Below the pieces are notes generated by a model. It was given only the letters and a program-made list of their open reading frames with translations, did not search any database and was not told the DNA's origin. DNA of 64,000 bases from an uncultured Pelagibacteraceae bacterium (lineage in GTDB: Bacteria; Pseudomonadota; Alphaproteobacteria; Pelagibacterales; Pelagibacteraceae). Positions within the stretch are counted from its first letter, which is position 1. Each line of letters starts with the position of its first letter. The stretch is from positions 48,521 to 112,520 of the forward strand of contig CACAHE010000001.1 in assembly GCA_902532195.1 (NCBI GenBank), written 5' to 3'. This document shows positions 1-8,224 of this stretch, in pieces. A program made the translations under genes and the position numbers.

Positions 1-36
1 GTTTTTTAATATTTTATTAATAATACTTTTCATATT

Positions 37-111
37 TGGCTGGGGCGCTAGGATTCGAACCTAGGAATGGCGGTACCAAAAACCGCTGCCTTACCACTTG
101 GCTACGCCCCA
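37..111 (-). tRNA. tRNA-Gln(UUG)
   Basis: Reverse complement TGGGGCGTAGCCAAGTGGTAAGGCAGCGGTTTTTGGTACCGCCATTCCTAGGTTCGAATCCTAGCGCCCCAGCCA: cloverleaf, GTTCGAA T-loop, TTG anticodon, encoded CCA. Confidence 0.96.
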
Positions 112-143
112 AAATTAATTTCGTATAACACAAAAAAAAAACT

Positions 144-992
144 TTATACAGTTTTAGATACAGTACACCAATAGTGTCTATAGTTTTTTTTTAATAATTT
201 AGCCGCATTAATAGTGGCTTTTTTTGATTTAAAATAACCTATCATACTTGATCCAGAACCGGTCATTCTAACAAACAAAATCTTTGGTAATTTCAACATT
301 TTTTTTTTTATTTCTAATAATTTAGGGTGCATCTTGAATGCAGATTTTTCTAAATCGTTTTTTAAATTTATTAAGTTATTATGACTTAATATTGTGTTGT
401 AATTTTTATAATTATTTTTTTTAGAAAAGGACTTAATTCCTTTGTATATTTTAGCTGTTGAGCAACCAAAATTAGGCTTTATTATTAATAAATGGAGATT
501 TAATTTTACATTAGACCTATATAATTCTCCATTACCTTTCAGTATTGAATTTTTTTTTTTCATGCCCAAAATTACGTCAGATCCAATTTGATTAATAATT
601 TTATTAATTTTATATTTTTTAATTTTAATTTTTTTTTTTTCTATAAAATATTTTAAGATTGATGCAGCATTCATAGAACCTCCACCCATACCAGACTTTA
701 AAGGGATTTTTTTATTAATTTTTACTAAATATTTTTTGTTTTTTAATAAATTTTCATCATCTAGTTTCATTAGCAAATTTGTAACTGTATTATTTTTTGG
801 AATAACTTTAGAAAATTTTCCATAAAATATAACTTGATGTGTTTTGCTTGATATTTGTTTAATTTGTATTACATCGTGCAAATCAATAAAAGAAATAATA
901 CTTTCTATTTTATGAAATCCAGAATTTAATTTACCTAAAACATTTAAAGAAAGATTAATTTTTGCATTTGATTTAATTTTTATTAATGACAT
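144..992 (-). CDS. ispE: 4-diphosphocytidyl-2-C-methyl-D-erythritol kinase
   Basis: AKINLSL N-terminus, GHMP motif KIPLKSGMGGGSMNAA, RMTGSGS. Confidence 0.95.
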   Translation of the reverse strand: MSLIKIKSNAKINLSLNVLGKLNSGFHKIESIISFIDLHDVIQIKQISSKTHQVIFYGKFSKVIPKNNTVTNLLMKLDDENLLKNKKYLVKINKKIPLKSGMGGGSMNAASILKYFIEKKKIKIKKYKINKIINQIGSDVILGMKKKNSILKGNGELYRSNVKLNLHLLIIKPNFGCSTAKIYKGIKSFSKKNNYKNYNTILSHNNLINLKNDLEKSAFKMHPKLLEIKKKMLKLPKILFVRMTGSGSSMIGYFKSKKATINAAKLLKKNYRHYWCTVSKTV

Positions 993-994
993 TT

Positions 995-2680
995 CTAAAT
1001 TTTATTAGGTCCTTTTATAAGTTTCTCTAAAATATTTTTTTTCATTTCTTCTTCAGTAGAATCTAATTTTAAAACATTTTCCCAAAAATATTTTGCTTGT
1101 AATTTTCTATCTAGTTTCCAGAGAATGTCTCCGTAATGATCATTAACTATAGGATCGTCTGGCATTAATTGAACAGCTTGAATCAAATAATTTTCTGCTT
1201 TATCATAATCCCCAATTAAATAATATCCCCACCCGATAGAATCAATTATGTAAGGATCATTTTTTTTTTGTTTGTATGCTTTCTTTAACATCTCCATAGC
1301 TTCATCAATTTTATAATTCCTTTCCAACCAACTATATGCAAGATAATTTAAGACATAAGGATCATCAGAATTTATTTTTAAAGAATTTAATAAATCAATA
1401 TCTGACATTTTATAGTCTCCCATTCTTTCATAACAACCGCCTCTTCTATATAACGTGTCAGCAAATGAGTCTGAATCTTTATTTATTTGAGATAAAACTT
1501 TATTGTAAAGTTGTATCGATTTATTATAATTTTTATTATTTTTATAAATCGTTGCCATATCAAAAATAATTTTTGTACTAGGGCTATCAATTTTATTAAA
1601 TTGTTTTTCTATATATTTTAAAGAAGCATCTTTATTCTTTTCTTCTTCAATAATCTGTCCAATTCTTTTTATTTTATACCAACCATAAATTTGATTTTGC
1701 ATATTAAATTTGTTTAAAGCTTTTTTTGCTAAATCATAATTATTACTCAAAAAATAATTTTCAGCTAATAATGATAAATTAAAATAGAATTTTGGATTTA
1801 AATAATTTGACACATTTAAATAAAAATTTGATTTTGAAAAATCATCTTGTGAAGAGTATAAATTGGCAATTAAAAAAAAGAATTCGGCCAAAATGTCATT
1901 TTCTGATTTACAAGAAAAAAACTTATTAAAATTTTCAAAACTAGATTGATCAACCCATTTTTTTGCCTGTGCAACAATTAAACTGCTACTTAGTGGATCT
2001 ACTTCAGAAATAATGTTTTTTGCTTTAACGTAATTTTTTTTTTCAACAACATCTGCTAAATAAAAAAATAAATACCTGGAATATTCACCCTGAGGTACGT
2101 TTATTAAATTTTCAAAATAAGTATCTGCTTTATTGTTATTTAAATAACAATTTTGAAAAGCATTAGTAATTAAACTTAATTTTCCAAATTTTTCATTTTT
2201 TTTATTAAAAGCATCTCCTAAAAATAGTCTGTTATAGCTATCTAATGTATCATAAATTATATATTCATATGTTCCATTATCTTGGAAGCTTTCCATTAAA
2301 GATATTTTATTTGAAGCTTTCACATAATTTTTTTTTTGAATACTATCAATTGTAATCAACAATTTAGCTTCAAAAAAATTAGAATATTTTTTATTTTTAG
2401 CATATTTAATTTGTCTAATTGCTTTTGAAACTTGACCATCTTCAACTAATGAAAAAACATATTCTTTTAAAAATTTTTCATGGTTATTAAGCAATTGTTT
2501 GGATGAATTAAAATATTTTAGAGCCTCTTTATTATTATAATTATCGTATGATATAAGAGCAGAAAAATAATTCGATAGATACCTATGGTTGAAATTTTTA
2601 TTATCAAATATTTTAGAATATGCTTCAGAATGATATAAGATGCAGATAACTAAAAAAAATTTAAATATTATATATTTCAT
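995..2680 (-). CDS. Exported tetratricopeptide-repeat protein
   Basis: Signal-like N-terminus; C-terminal TPRs (VLNYLAYSW, IIDSIGWGYY, VNDHYGDILW); usual ispE neighbour in Alphaproteobacteria. Confidence 0.85.
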   Translation of the reverse strand: MKYIIFKFFLVICILYHSEAYSKIFDNKNFNHRYLSNYFSALISYDNYNNKEALKYFNSSKQLLNNHEKFLKEYVFSLVEDGQVSKAIRQIKYAKNKKYSNFFEAKLLITIDSIQKKNYVKASNKISLMESFQDNGTYEYIIYDTLDSYNRLFLGDAFNKKNEKFGKLSLITNAFQNCYLNNNKADTYFENLINVPQGEYSRYLFFYLADVVEKKNYVKAKNIISEVDPLSSSLIVAQAKKWVDQSSFENFNKFFSCKSENDILAEFFFLIANLYSSQDDFSKSNFYLNVSNYLNPKFYFNLSLLAENYFLSNNYDLAKKALNKFNMQNQIYGWYKIKRIGQIIEEEKNKDASLKYIEKQFNKIDSPSTKIIFDMATIYKNNKNYNKSIQLYNKVLSQINKDSDSFADTLYRRGGCYERMGDYKMSDIDLLNSLKINSDDPYVLNYLAYSWLERNYKIDEAMEMLKKAYKQKKNDPYIIDSIGWGYYLIGDYDKAENYLIQAVQLMPDDPIVNDHYGDILWKLDRKLQAKYFWENVLKLDSTEEEMKKNILEKLIKGPNKI

Positions 2681-2691
2681 ATTTCAATTTT

Positions 2692-3399
2692 ATGTTTTCA
2701 GATAATAAAAATCAAAATGACATATTAAACTCAGAATTATTTAAATCATATGAAATTGAATATTCTTTTAGTAATAAACCAATAAAAAGATTAAAAATTA
2801 AACCAGAAGTAGAGAATAAAACTGATTTATTGAACTTTTTACAAGATAAAATATCTAAAATTGAAAATTGTGATCTAAAATTAAATGCATCAAAATTAGT
2901 TTTTAGTGATGGAGATTTTAACAGTCCTTTAATGATCGTTGGTGAAGGGCCTGGGCAAAAAGAAGATGAAATGGGCAAACCATTTGTTGGAGATGCAGGA
3001 CTTCTTCTTAATAAAATGCTTAAAGCTATAAATATAAATAGAAAAAATATCTATATTACGAATGTTGTAAATTATAGACCACCAAACAATAGAAAGCCCG
3101 AATCTTCTGAAATAACAAAATATTCATTTTTTTTAAGAGAGCATATATCGATTATAGATCCTAAAATATTAGTTTTAATGGGTAGCACTGCAATGGAATC
3201 TTTATTCGGGTCCAAAATTAAAATTTCTAAAGAGAGAGGTGCCTGGAAGGAAGTAATTGTAAATAATAAAACTTATATAACAATGATTACTTTTCATCCT
3301 GCTTATTTACTAAGACAACCTGATCAAAAAAAATACTCTTGGTTAGATTTAAAGAAGATAAGAAAAAAAATAGATGAATTAGATTTAAATATAAAATGA
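2692..3399 (+). CDS. Uracil-DNA glycosylase, family 4
   Basis: VGEGPG..ED..GKPFVG, TNVVNYRPP.NR, TFHPAYLLR. Confidence 0.9.
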   Translation: MFSDNKNQNDILNSELFKSYEIEYSFSNKPIKRLKIKPEVENKTDLLNFLQDKISKIENCDLKLNASKLVFSDGDFNSPLMIVGEGPGQKEDEMGKPFVGDAGLLLNKMLKAININRKNIYITNVVNYRPPNNRKPESSEITKYSFFLREHISIIDPKILVLMGSTAMESLFGSKIKISKERGAWKEVIVNNKTYITMITFHPAYLLRQPDQKKYSWLDLKKIRKKIDELDLNIK

Positions 3400-3968
3400 A
3401 AAATCATATTGCTGGAGTTGATGAAGTCGGAAGAGGAAGCTTAGTTGGACCAGTATTTGCAGCTGCAGTTATTTTGAAAGATAATTTAGATAAAAAAATA
3501 CTTAAAGATTCAAAGAAATTAACAAAAAAAAATCGTGAAAAGTTAGAAAAATACATAAAAAAAAATTCTTATTGGTCTATTGGTTCAGCCTCTATTAAAG
3601 AAATTGAAAAATTTAATATTTTAAATGCAAGTATGCTAGCAATGAAAAGAGCAATTAAAAATTTACAAAAAAAACCTAATCTAGTTTTGATTGATGGAAA
3701 TAAAATTCCTAAAATTAAAAATTATAATTTAAAATATGTAGTTAAAGGAGATCAAAAAATACCTGAGATATCTGCTGCTTCAATAATTGCCAAAGTTTCA
3801 AGAGATCGTTTAATTACAAAAATGTCAAAAAAATATATTAGATATTTTTGGAATAAAAATGCAGGTTATGGAACTAAGGACCACTTATCAGCAATTAAAA
3901 AATTTGGGATAACCAGGCACCATAGAAAAACATTTCAACCAATACACAATATATTGAGTCTAAAATAA
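3396..3968 (+). CDS. rnhB: Ribonuclease HII
   Basis: AGVDEVGRG, DSKKL, LIDGN, KGD..I.EISAASIIAKV.RD, HRKTF. Confidence 0.96.
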   Translation: MKNHIAGVDEVGRGSLVGPVFAAAVILKDNLDKKILKDSKKLTKKNREKLEKYIKKNSYWSIGSASIKEIEKFNILNASMLAMKRAIKNLQKKPNLVLIDGNKIPKIKNYNLKYVVKGDQKIPEISAASIIAKVSRDRLITKMSKKYIRYFWNKNAGYGTKDHLSAIKKFGITRHHRKTFQPIHNILSLK

Positions 3969-4036
3969 ATTAGATCACAATTGGACTCAAATTAATTCAA
4001 TCGCAGGTTGACGGAGAGTCTGAGCTGGAGTCTAAT
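3954..4036 (+). promoter_or_regulatory. ccrM promoter region with four GANTC sites and an inverted repeat
   Basis: GANTC at 3956, 3984, 4016 and 4028; IR TTGAGTCTAA (3954-3963)/TTGGACTCAA (3981-3990); TTGACG (4008-4013), 17 bp, TCTAAT (4031-4036). Confidence 0.65.
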
Positions 4037-4050
4037 TGTTTTTTATAAAA

Positions 4051-5124
4051 ATGATTAGCTCGAATTTAAAAAATAAAATTATTAACGGGGACAGTCTTAA
4101 AGAATTAAAAAAAATCCCTAATGAAAGTTTTGATCTAATTTTTGCTGATCCTCCATATAATTTGCAGCTAAGAAATAAATTAATCAGACCTGATAGGTCT
4201 AAAGTAAAAGCAGTAAATGACAAATGGGATCAATTTGAAAGTTTTAAAACTTATGATGAATTTACTAATGATTGGCTTTTGGAATGCAAAAGGCTATTAA
4301 AAAAAAATGGGAGCATTTGGGTAATTGGTAGTTATCACAATATTTTTAGAGTTGGTGCTAAAATACAAGACTTAGGATTTTGGATACTTAATGATGTAAT
4401 TTGGAACAAAAATAATCCAATGCCAAATTTTAGAGGAACAAGATTTACTAATGCTCATGAAACATTAATTTGGGCCTCTAAAGAAAAAAATTCAAAATAC
4501 ACATTTAATTATCAATCATTAAAATGCTTAAATGATGATATTCAAATGAGGTCAAACTGGAATTTGCCAATTTGTAATGGAGCTGAAAGATTAAAAAAGA
4601 ATGGTAAGAAAATTCATTCTACACAAAAACCTGAATCCCTATTACATAGAGTTTTATTAGCCTCTTCAAATAAAGGGGATATGATTTTGGATCCTTTTCT
4701 TGGATCTGGAACAACAGCTGCAGTTGCAAAAAAACTGGGAAGAAATTATTACGGAATTGAAAAAGAAAAAAATTATTTTAAAGCAGCAGAAGAAAGATTA
4801 AAAAATACGAAACCTATAGATGATGATTATTTAGACACATTAAAAAACAATAGATCAAAACCAAGAATACCTTTTGGTTCTTTGGTTGAATTAGGAATAA
4901 TAAAGCCTGGCAGCACTATTTTTGATAATAAAAAGAAAGTTAGAGCAAAAATTATGGTAGATGGCAGTATTAAACATGCACAAACAGAAGGCTCAATTCA
5001 TAAAGTGGCAGCAACAATTCTAGGTGCTGAAAGTTGCAATGGGTGGACTTATTGGCATTATAATTTAGATGGTGCGGTAGTACCTATTGATCATTTGAGA
5101 CAAAGATTAATCTCTAATAGTTAA
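4051..5124 (+). CDS. ccrM: Cell-cycle regulated DNA adenine methyltransferase (GANTC)
   Basis: FADPPYNLQL, NPMPNFRGTRFTNAHET, HSTQKPE, ILDPFLGSGTT, C-terminal GSIH...CNGWTYW domain; ATG 4051 preferred over TTG 4036. Confidence 0.93.
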   Translation: MISSNLKNKIINGDSLKELKKIPNESFDLIFADPPYNLQLRNKLIRPDRSKVKAVNDKWDQFESFKTYDEFTNDWLLECKRLLKKNGSIWVIGSYHNIFRVGAKIQDLGFWILNDVIWNKNNPMPNFRGTRFTNAHETLIWASKEKNSKYTFNYQSLKCLNDDIQMRSNWNLPICNGAERLKKNGKKIHSTQKPESLLHRVLLASSNKGDMILDPFLGSGTTAAVAKKLGRNYYGIEKEKNYFKAAEERLKNTKPIDDDYLDTLKNNRSKPRIPFGSLVELGIIKPGSTIFDNKKKVRAKIMVDGSIKHAQTEGSIHKVAATILGAESCNGWTYWHYNLDGAVVPIDHLRQRLISNS

Positions 5125-6299
5125 TTTTTATAAACTTTTCCTAAATAATTTTCTAAAAACTTTTTATTTTTTACTAATCTTTTCAAAAAAATATTTCTAA
5201 AAAAAATAGTTAAAGGATTAGATAAATGGAAAGCAAATTGATTTAATTTTGATCTATTATTAACCATCTTTGTTTTTCTAACCCTATTTTTAAAAAAACT
5301 TTTTTCTGAATTGTTTTCAATACTTTTAAATAATTCATATGCACCCTCTATTGATTGAGATGCACCTTGAGCAAACGAAGGCGGAAACGCAAAAAAAGCA
5401 TCCCCAATTAAATGTATTTTATTATTCTGTAGTTGATAAAAATCATCACTTACAAATACTGGAAAAATTTTAATATTTTGTAAATTACTAGTAATTTCAT
5501 CCTTTATTGGAATTTTACTTAATACTTTTCTTGTAAAAGATTCGTCATTAAAAAGTGAATAATTTTTTTCTTCTTGAAGGGACAATTCATATTTCATTAT
5601 GGCTATATAATTTAAATCTCCATAAGAATTCACTGGATAAATCACGGAATGAAAATTGGAACCTAAAAAAATAGAAATATTTTCATCATCTATGCTCTTT
5701 ATAATACTGGGCCCATTATTTTTTTTGTCCCACATAGGACCCTGTATAATGCTTCCTCTAATTGCTAATGTGTCGTTTAATCTTGGTTTGGTTTGATTAT
5801 TTAAAATAAGACTTTTGCTTTTTGAAAAAATTCCATCAGAAATAATTAAATAATCACATTCCTTAACTTCATTATTCTCAAAAGAAACTTTGATTTGTTG
5901 GTTTTGCTGATCTATCTTTAAAATATTATAGCCAGTTTTTATTAGATCCTCCAAATCCTTTTTTAAAAAATTAATTAAAGTAGATCTCTTTAAAGTCGTA
6001 TACTTGCAGTTTTCAGAGTTAAAATCTGAAATATTTAATTCGCATATTTTTTTTGAGTTATTAATTGAATAAAAATCAATCTTTTCAGGATTAAATTTTT
6101 CTAATTCATCTAGCTTATTAAAACCAATTTCATTCAAAAGTTTTATACTGTTGACTGATAATTGAATTCCATAACCTTCTTTAAGATTAAATGAGTTATT
6201 TTTTTCATAGATTGATACTTGATAATTTGGATTTTTTTTAAATAGATTTGCAATAAATAATCCTGATATCCCTGCACCAATAATTGCAATTTTTTTCAT
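5121..6299 (-). CDS. FAD-dependent monooxygenase (salicylate hydroxylase-like)
   Basis: IAIIGAGISG, SDGIFS, LIGDA...PPSFAQGASQSIEGA. Confidence 0.8.
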   Translation of the reverse strand: MKKIAIIGAGISGLFIANLFKKNPNYQVSIYEKNNSFNLKEGYGIQLSVNSIKLLNEIGFNKLDELEKFNPEKIDFYSINNSKKICELNISDFNSENCKYTTLKRSTLINFLKKDLEDLIKTGYNILKIDQQNQQIKVSFENNEVKECDYLIISDGIFSKSKSLILNNQTKPRLNDTLAIRGSIIQGPMWDKKNNGPSIIKSIDDENISIFLGSNFHSVIYPVNSYGDLNYIAIMKYELSLQEEKNYSLFNDESFTRKVLSKIPIKDEITSNLQNIKIFPVFVSDDFYQLQNNKIHLIGDAFFAFPPSFAQGASQSIEGAYELFKSIENNSEKSFFKNRVRKTKMVNNRSKLNQFAFHLSNPLTIFFRNIFLKRLVKNKKFLENYLGKVYKN

Positions 6300-7279
6300 T
6301 TATTATTTTCTAAATATTTAACAATTTTTTTTGTGAATGTTGGTAGCATATAATTATTTAATTTTTTTTGATCAACCCAATAAGAAGAAGGTAATTTTAT
6401 ATTATTTTTTGAATACTGTATCTTAATATTCATATTCATATTGGACATTTTAAAATTTAAATTTTCATTAAAATTTTTTGGTTGAAATAATTCTTCCATA
6501 GGAAAAATTCTTAAGTTTTTTAAAAAATTAAATTGAGTGTTTTTGATTAACAAATATCTTTGATCTTTTTTATAAACTTTTAAGATAAAATACTTATTGA
6601 TATTTTTTTTAGTATTTTTTATTAAATTAAAATCTTTTTTTCTAAAAGACTTACATTTTTTTGAAATAGGACATTGATTGCATAAAGGATTACTTGGTTT
6701 GCAAATTATTGCACCTAACTCCATTAAAGCTTGGGCATAATCACTTGATCGTTGAGATAATCCAAATACAGATTTTTTTTCTATAAGATTTTCTTTTTGT
6801 ATTTCATTTTCCTTTTTTAAATAAAGATATCTTTTTAAAACTCTTTCTATATTGCCATCCAATGGAATATATGGTTTATTAAATGCAATAGCTAAAATTG
6901 CACTTGCAGTATAATTACCAATTCCAGGTAATGATTTTAAATCTTCAAAATTTTCGGGTACGTTTCCTTTAAAATTTTTAATAATAACTTGTGAAGTTTT
7001 TTTTAAATTTCTTGCTCTAGAATAATATCCAAGACCTTCCCAAAGTTTGATTAATTTTTTATTTTGAACTTTTGCAAGCGTTTTAAGGTTGGGAATATTT
7101 TTTATAAAGTTTTTAAAATATGGAATTACAGTAGAAACTTGTGTTTGTTGCAACATAAACTCGCTTACTAAAGTAAAATATTCTCTTTTCTTTTGAGAAC
7201 ATTTTTTCCTCCAAGGCAAAATTCTTTTGTTATTATCATACCAATCAAGAATTTTTTTTGATATGTTTTGATCTTTCAT
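6296..7279 (-). CDS. mutY: A/G-specific adenine glycosylase
   Basis: LPWR, VSEFMLQQTQV, WEGLGYYSRARNL, LPGIG.YTA, Fe-S motif CKPSNPLCNQCPISKKC. Confidence 0.93.
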   Translation of the reverse strand: MKDQNISKKILDWYDNNKRILPWRKKCSQKKREYFTLVSEFMLQQTQVSTVIPYFKNFIKNIPNLKTLAKVQNKKLIKLWEGLGYYSRARNLKKTSQVIIKNFKGNVPENFEDLKSLPGIGNYTASAILAIAFNKPYIPLDGNIERVLKRYLYLKKENEIQKENLIEKKSVFGLSQRSSDYAQALMELGAIICKPSNPLCNQCPISKKCKSFRKKDFNLIKNTKKNINKYFILKVYKKDQRYLLIKNTQFNFLKNLRIFPMEELFQPKNFNENLNFKMSNMNMNIKIQYSKNNIKLPSSYWVDQKKLNNYMLPTFTKKIVKYLENNK

Positions 7280-7636
7280 ATGAAATATAGAAGCAATACT
7301 AGGCAGAGAAAGAAATCAATTCAAGGCCTAAGATCTTTTAAAGACACATTGCCCAGAAAAATAAGAGAGGCTTTTTTAAAAAAAGGTAAAATTTATTCAA
7401 AAATAACTGATAATTGGAAAATTATTGTCGGTAGTGAGCTTTATAACGCATGTAAACCTAAATCATTTAAAAATATAAAAAATTCTGGCATAAAGAGGCT
7501 AAATATTATGGTTAAAAGAGGTCATGAAACAGAAGTTGAATACTCCAGAGAAATTATAAAAGATAAAATAAATAGTTTTTTAGGTTATGAGTTTATTAAT
7601 AATATTAAATTAATTAATTATACTGAGAACAAATGA
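7280..7636 (+). CDS. DciA/DUF721-like protein
   Basis: W..IVG motif, IKDKINSFLG; mutY/DUF721-dsbA-smc synteny. Confidence 0.7.
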   Translation: MKYRSNTRQRKKSIQGLRSFKDTLPRKIREAFLKKGKIYSKITDNWKIIVGSELYNACKPKSFKNIKNSGIKRLNIMVKRGHETEVEYSREIIKDKINSFLGYEFINNIKLINYTENK

Positions 7637-8217
7637 TAAAAAAAATATTATTTGTATTATTATTTTTATCTTTAACTAATACTCAATTAAATTCAGATTC
7701 AAAAATAAATTCTATAATTGAAGGAAGTGCTGATGCAAAAGTTAAATTAATTGTATACGAATCATTAACTTGCACCCATTGTGCTACTTTTCATGAAGAT
7801 ATATATCCAAATTTGAAAAAAGATTTTATTGATAAAGGATTAGTAAAAATTGAATTTAAAAACTTTCCTCTTGATTTAGCAGCTTTTAATGCTTCCAAAA
7901 TTGCTCATTGTAGAAATGATGGAAAACCAGAAATATTACATTTTTTATTTAATAACCAAAAAAAATGGGCACATGTTGAAACTTTAGAAGAAGCAAATAA
8001 TAAATTAATAAAAATTTTAAAAGATAATTTTTCTGATTTAGATTTTAAAAGATGTACAAGCAACAAACAAATAGAAGACCATATTTTGGAAGATCGAATC
8101 AATGGAGTTAAAAAATTTAAGATAAATGCTACTCCTACTTTAATTATAAATGAAAAAAAGTTCGATAATCCGCTAGACTACGAAAATTTAAAGAAAACTC
8201 TAAAAAAACTGATATAA
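7633..8217 (+). CDS. DsbA-family thioredoxin-fold oxidoreductase
   Basis: Signal peptide, YESLTCTHCATFH (CxxC), NFPLD, INATPT. Confidence 0.88.
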   Translation: MIKKILFVLLFLSLTNTQLNSDSKINSIIEGSADAKVKLIVYESLTCTHCATFHEDIYPNLKKDFIDKGLVKIEFKNFPLDLAAFNASKIAHCRNDGKPEILHFLFNNQKKWAHVETLEEANNKLIKILKDNFSDLDFKRCTSNKQIEDHILEDRINGVKKFKINATPTLIINEKKFDNPLDYENLKKTLKKLI

Positions 8218-8224
8218 GTTTAAA

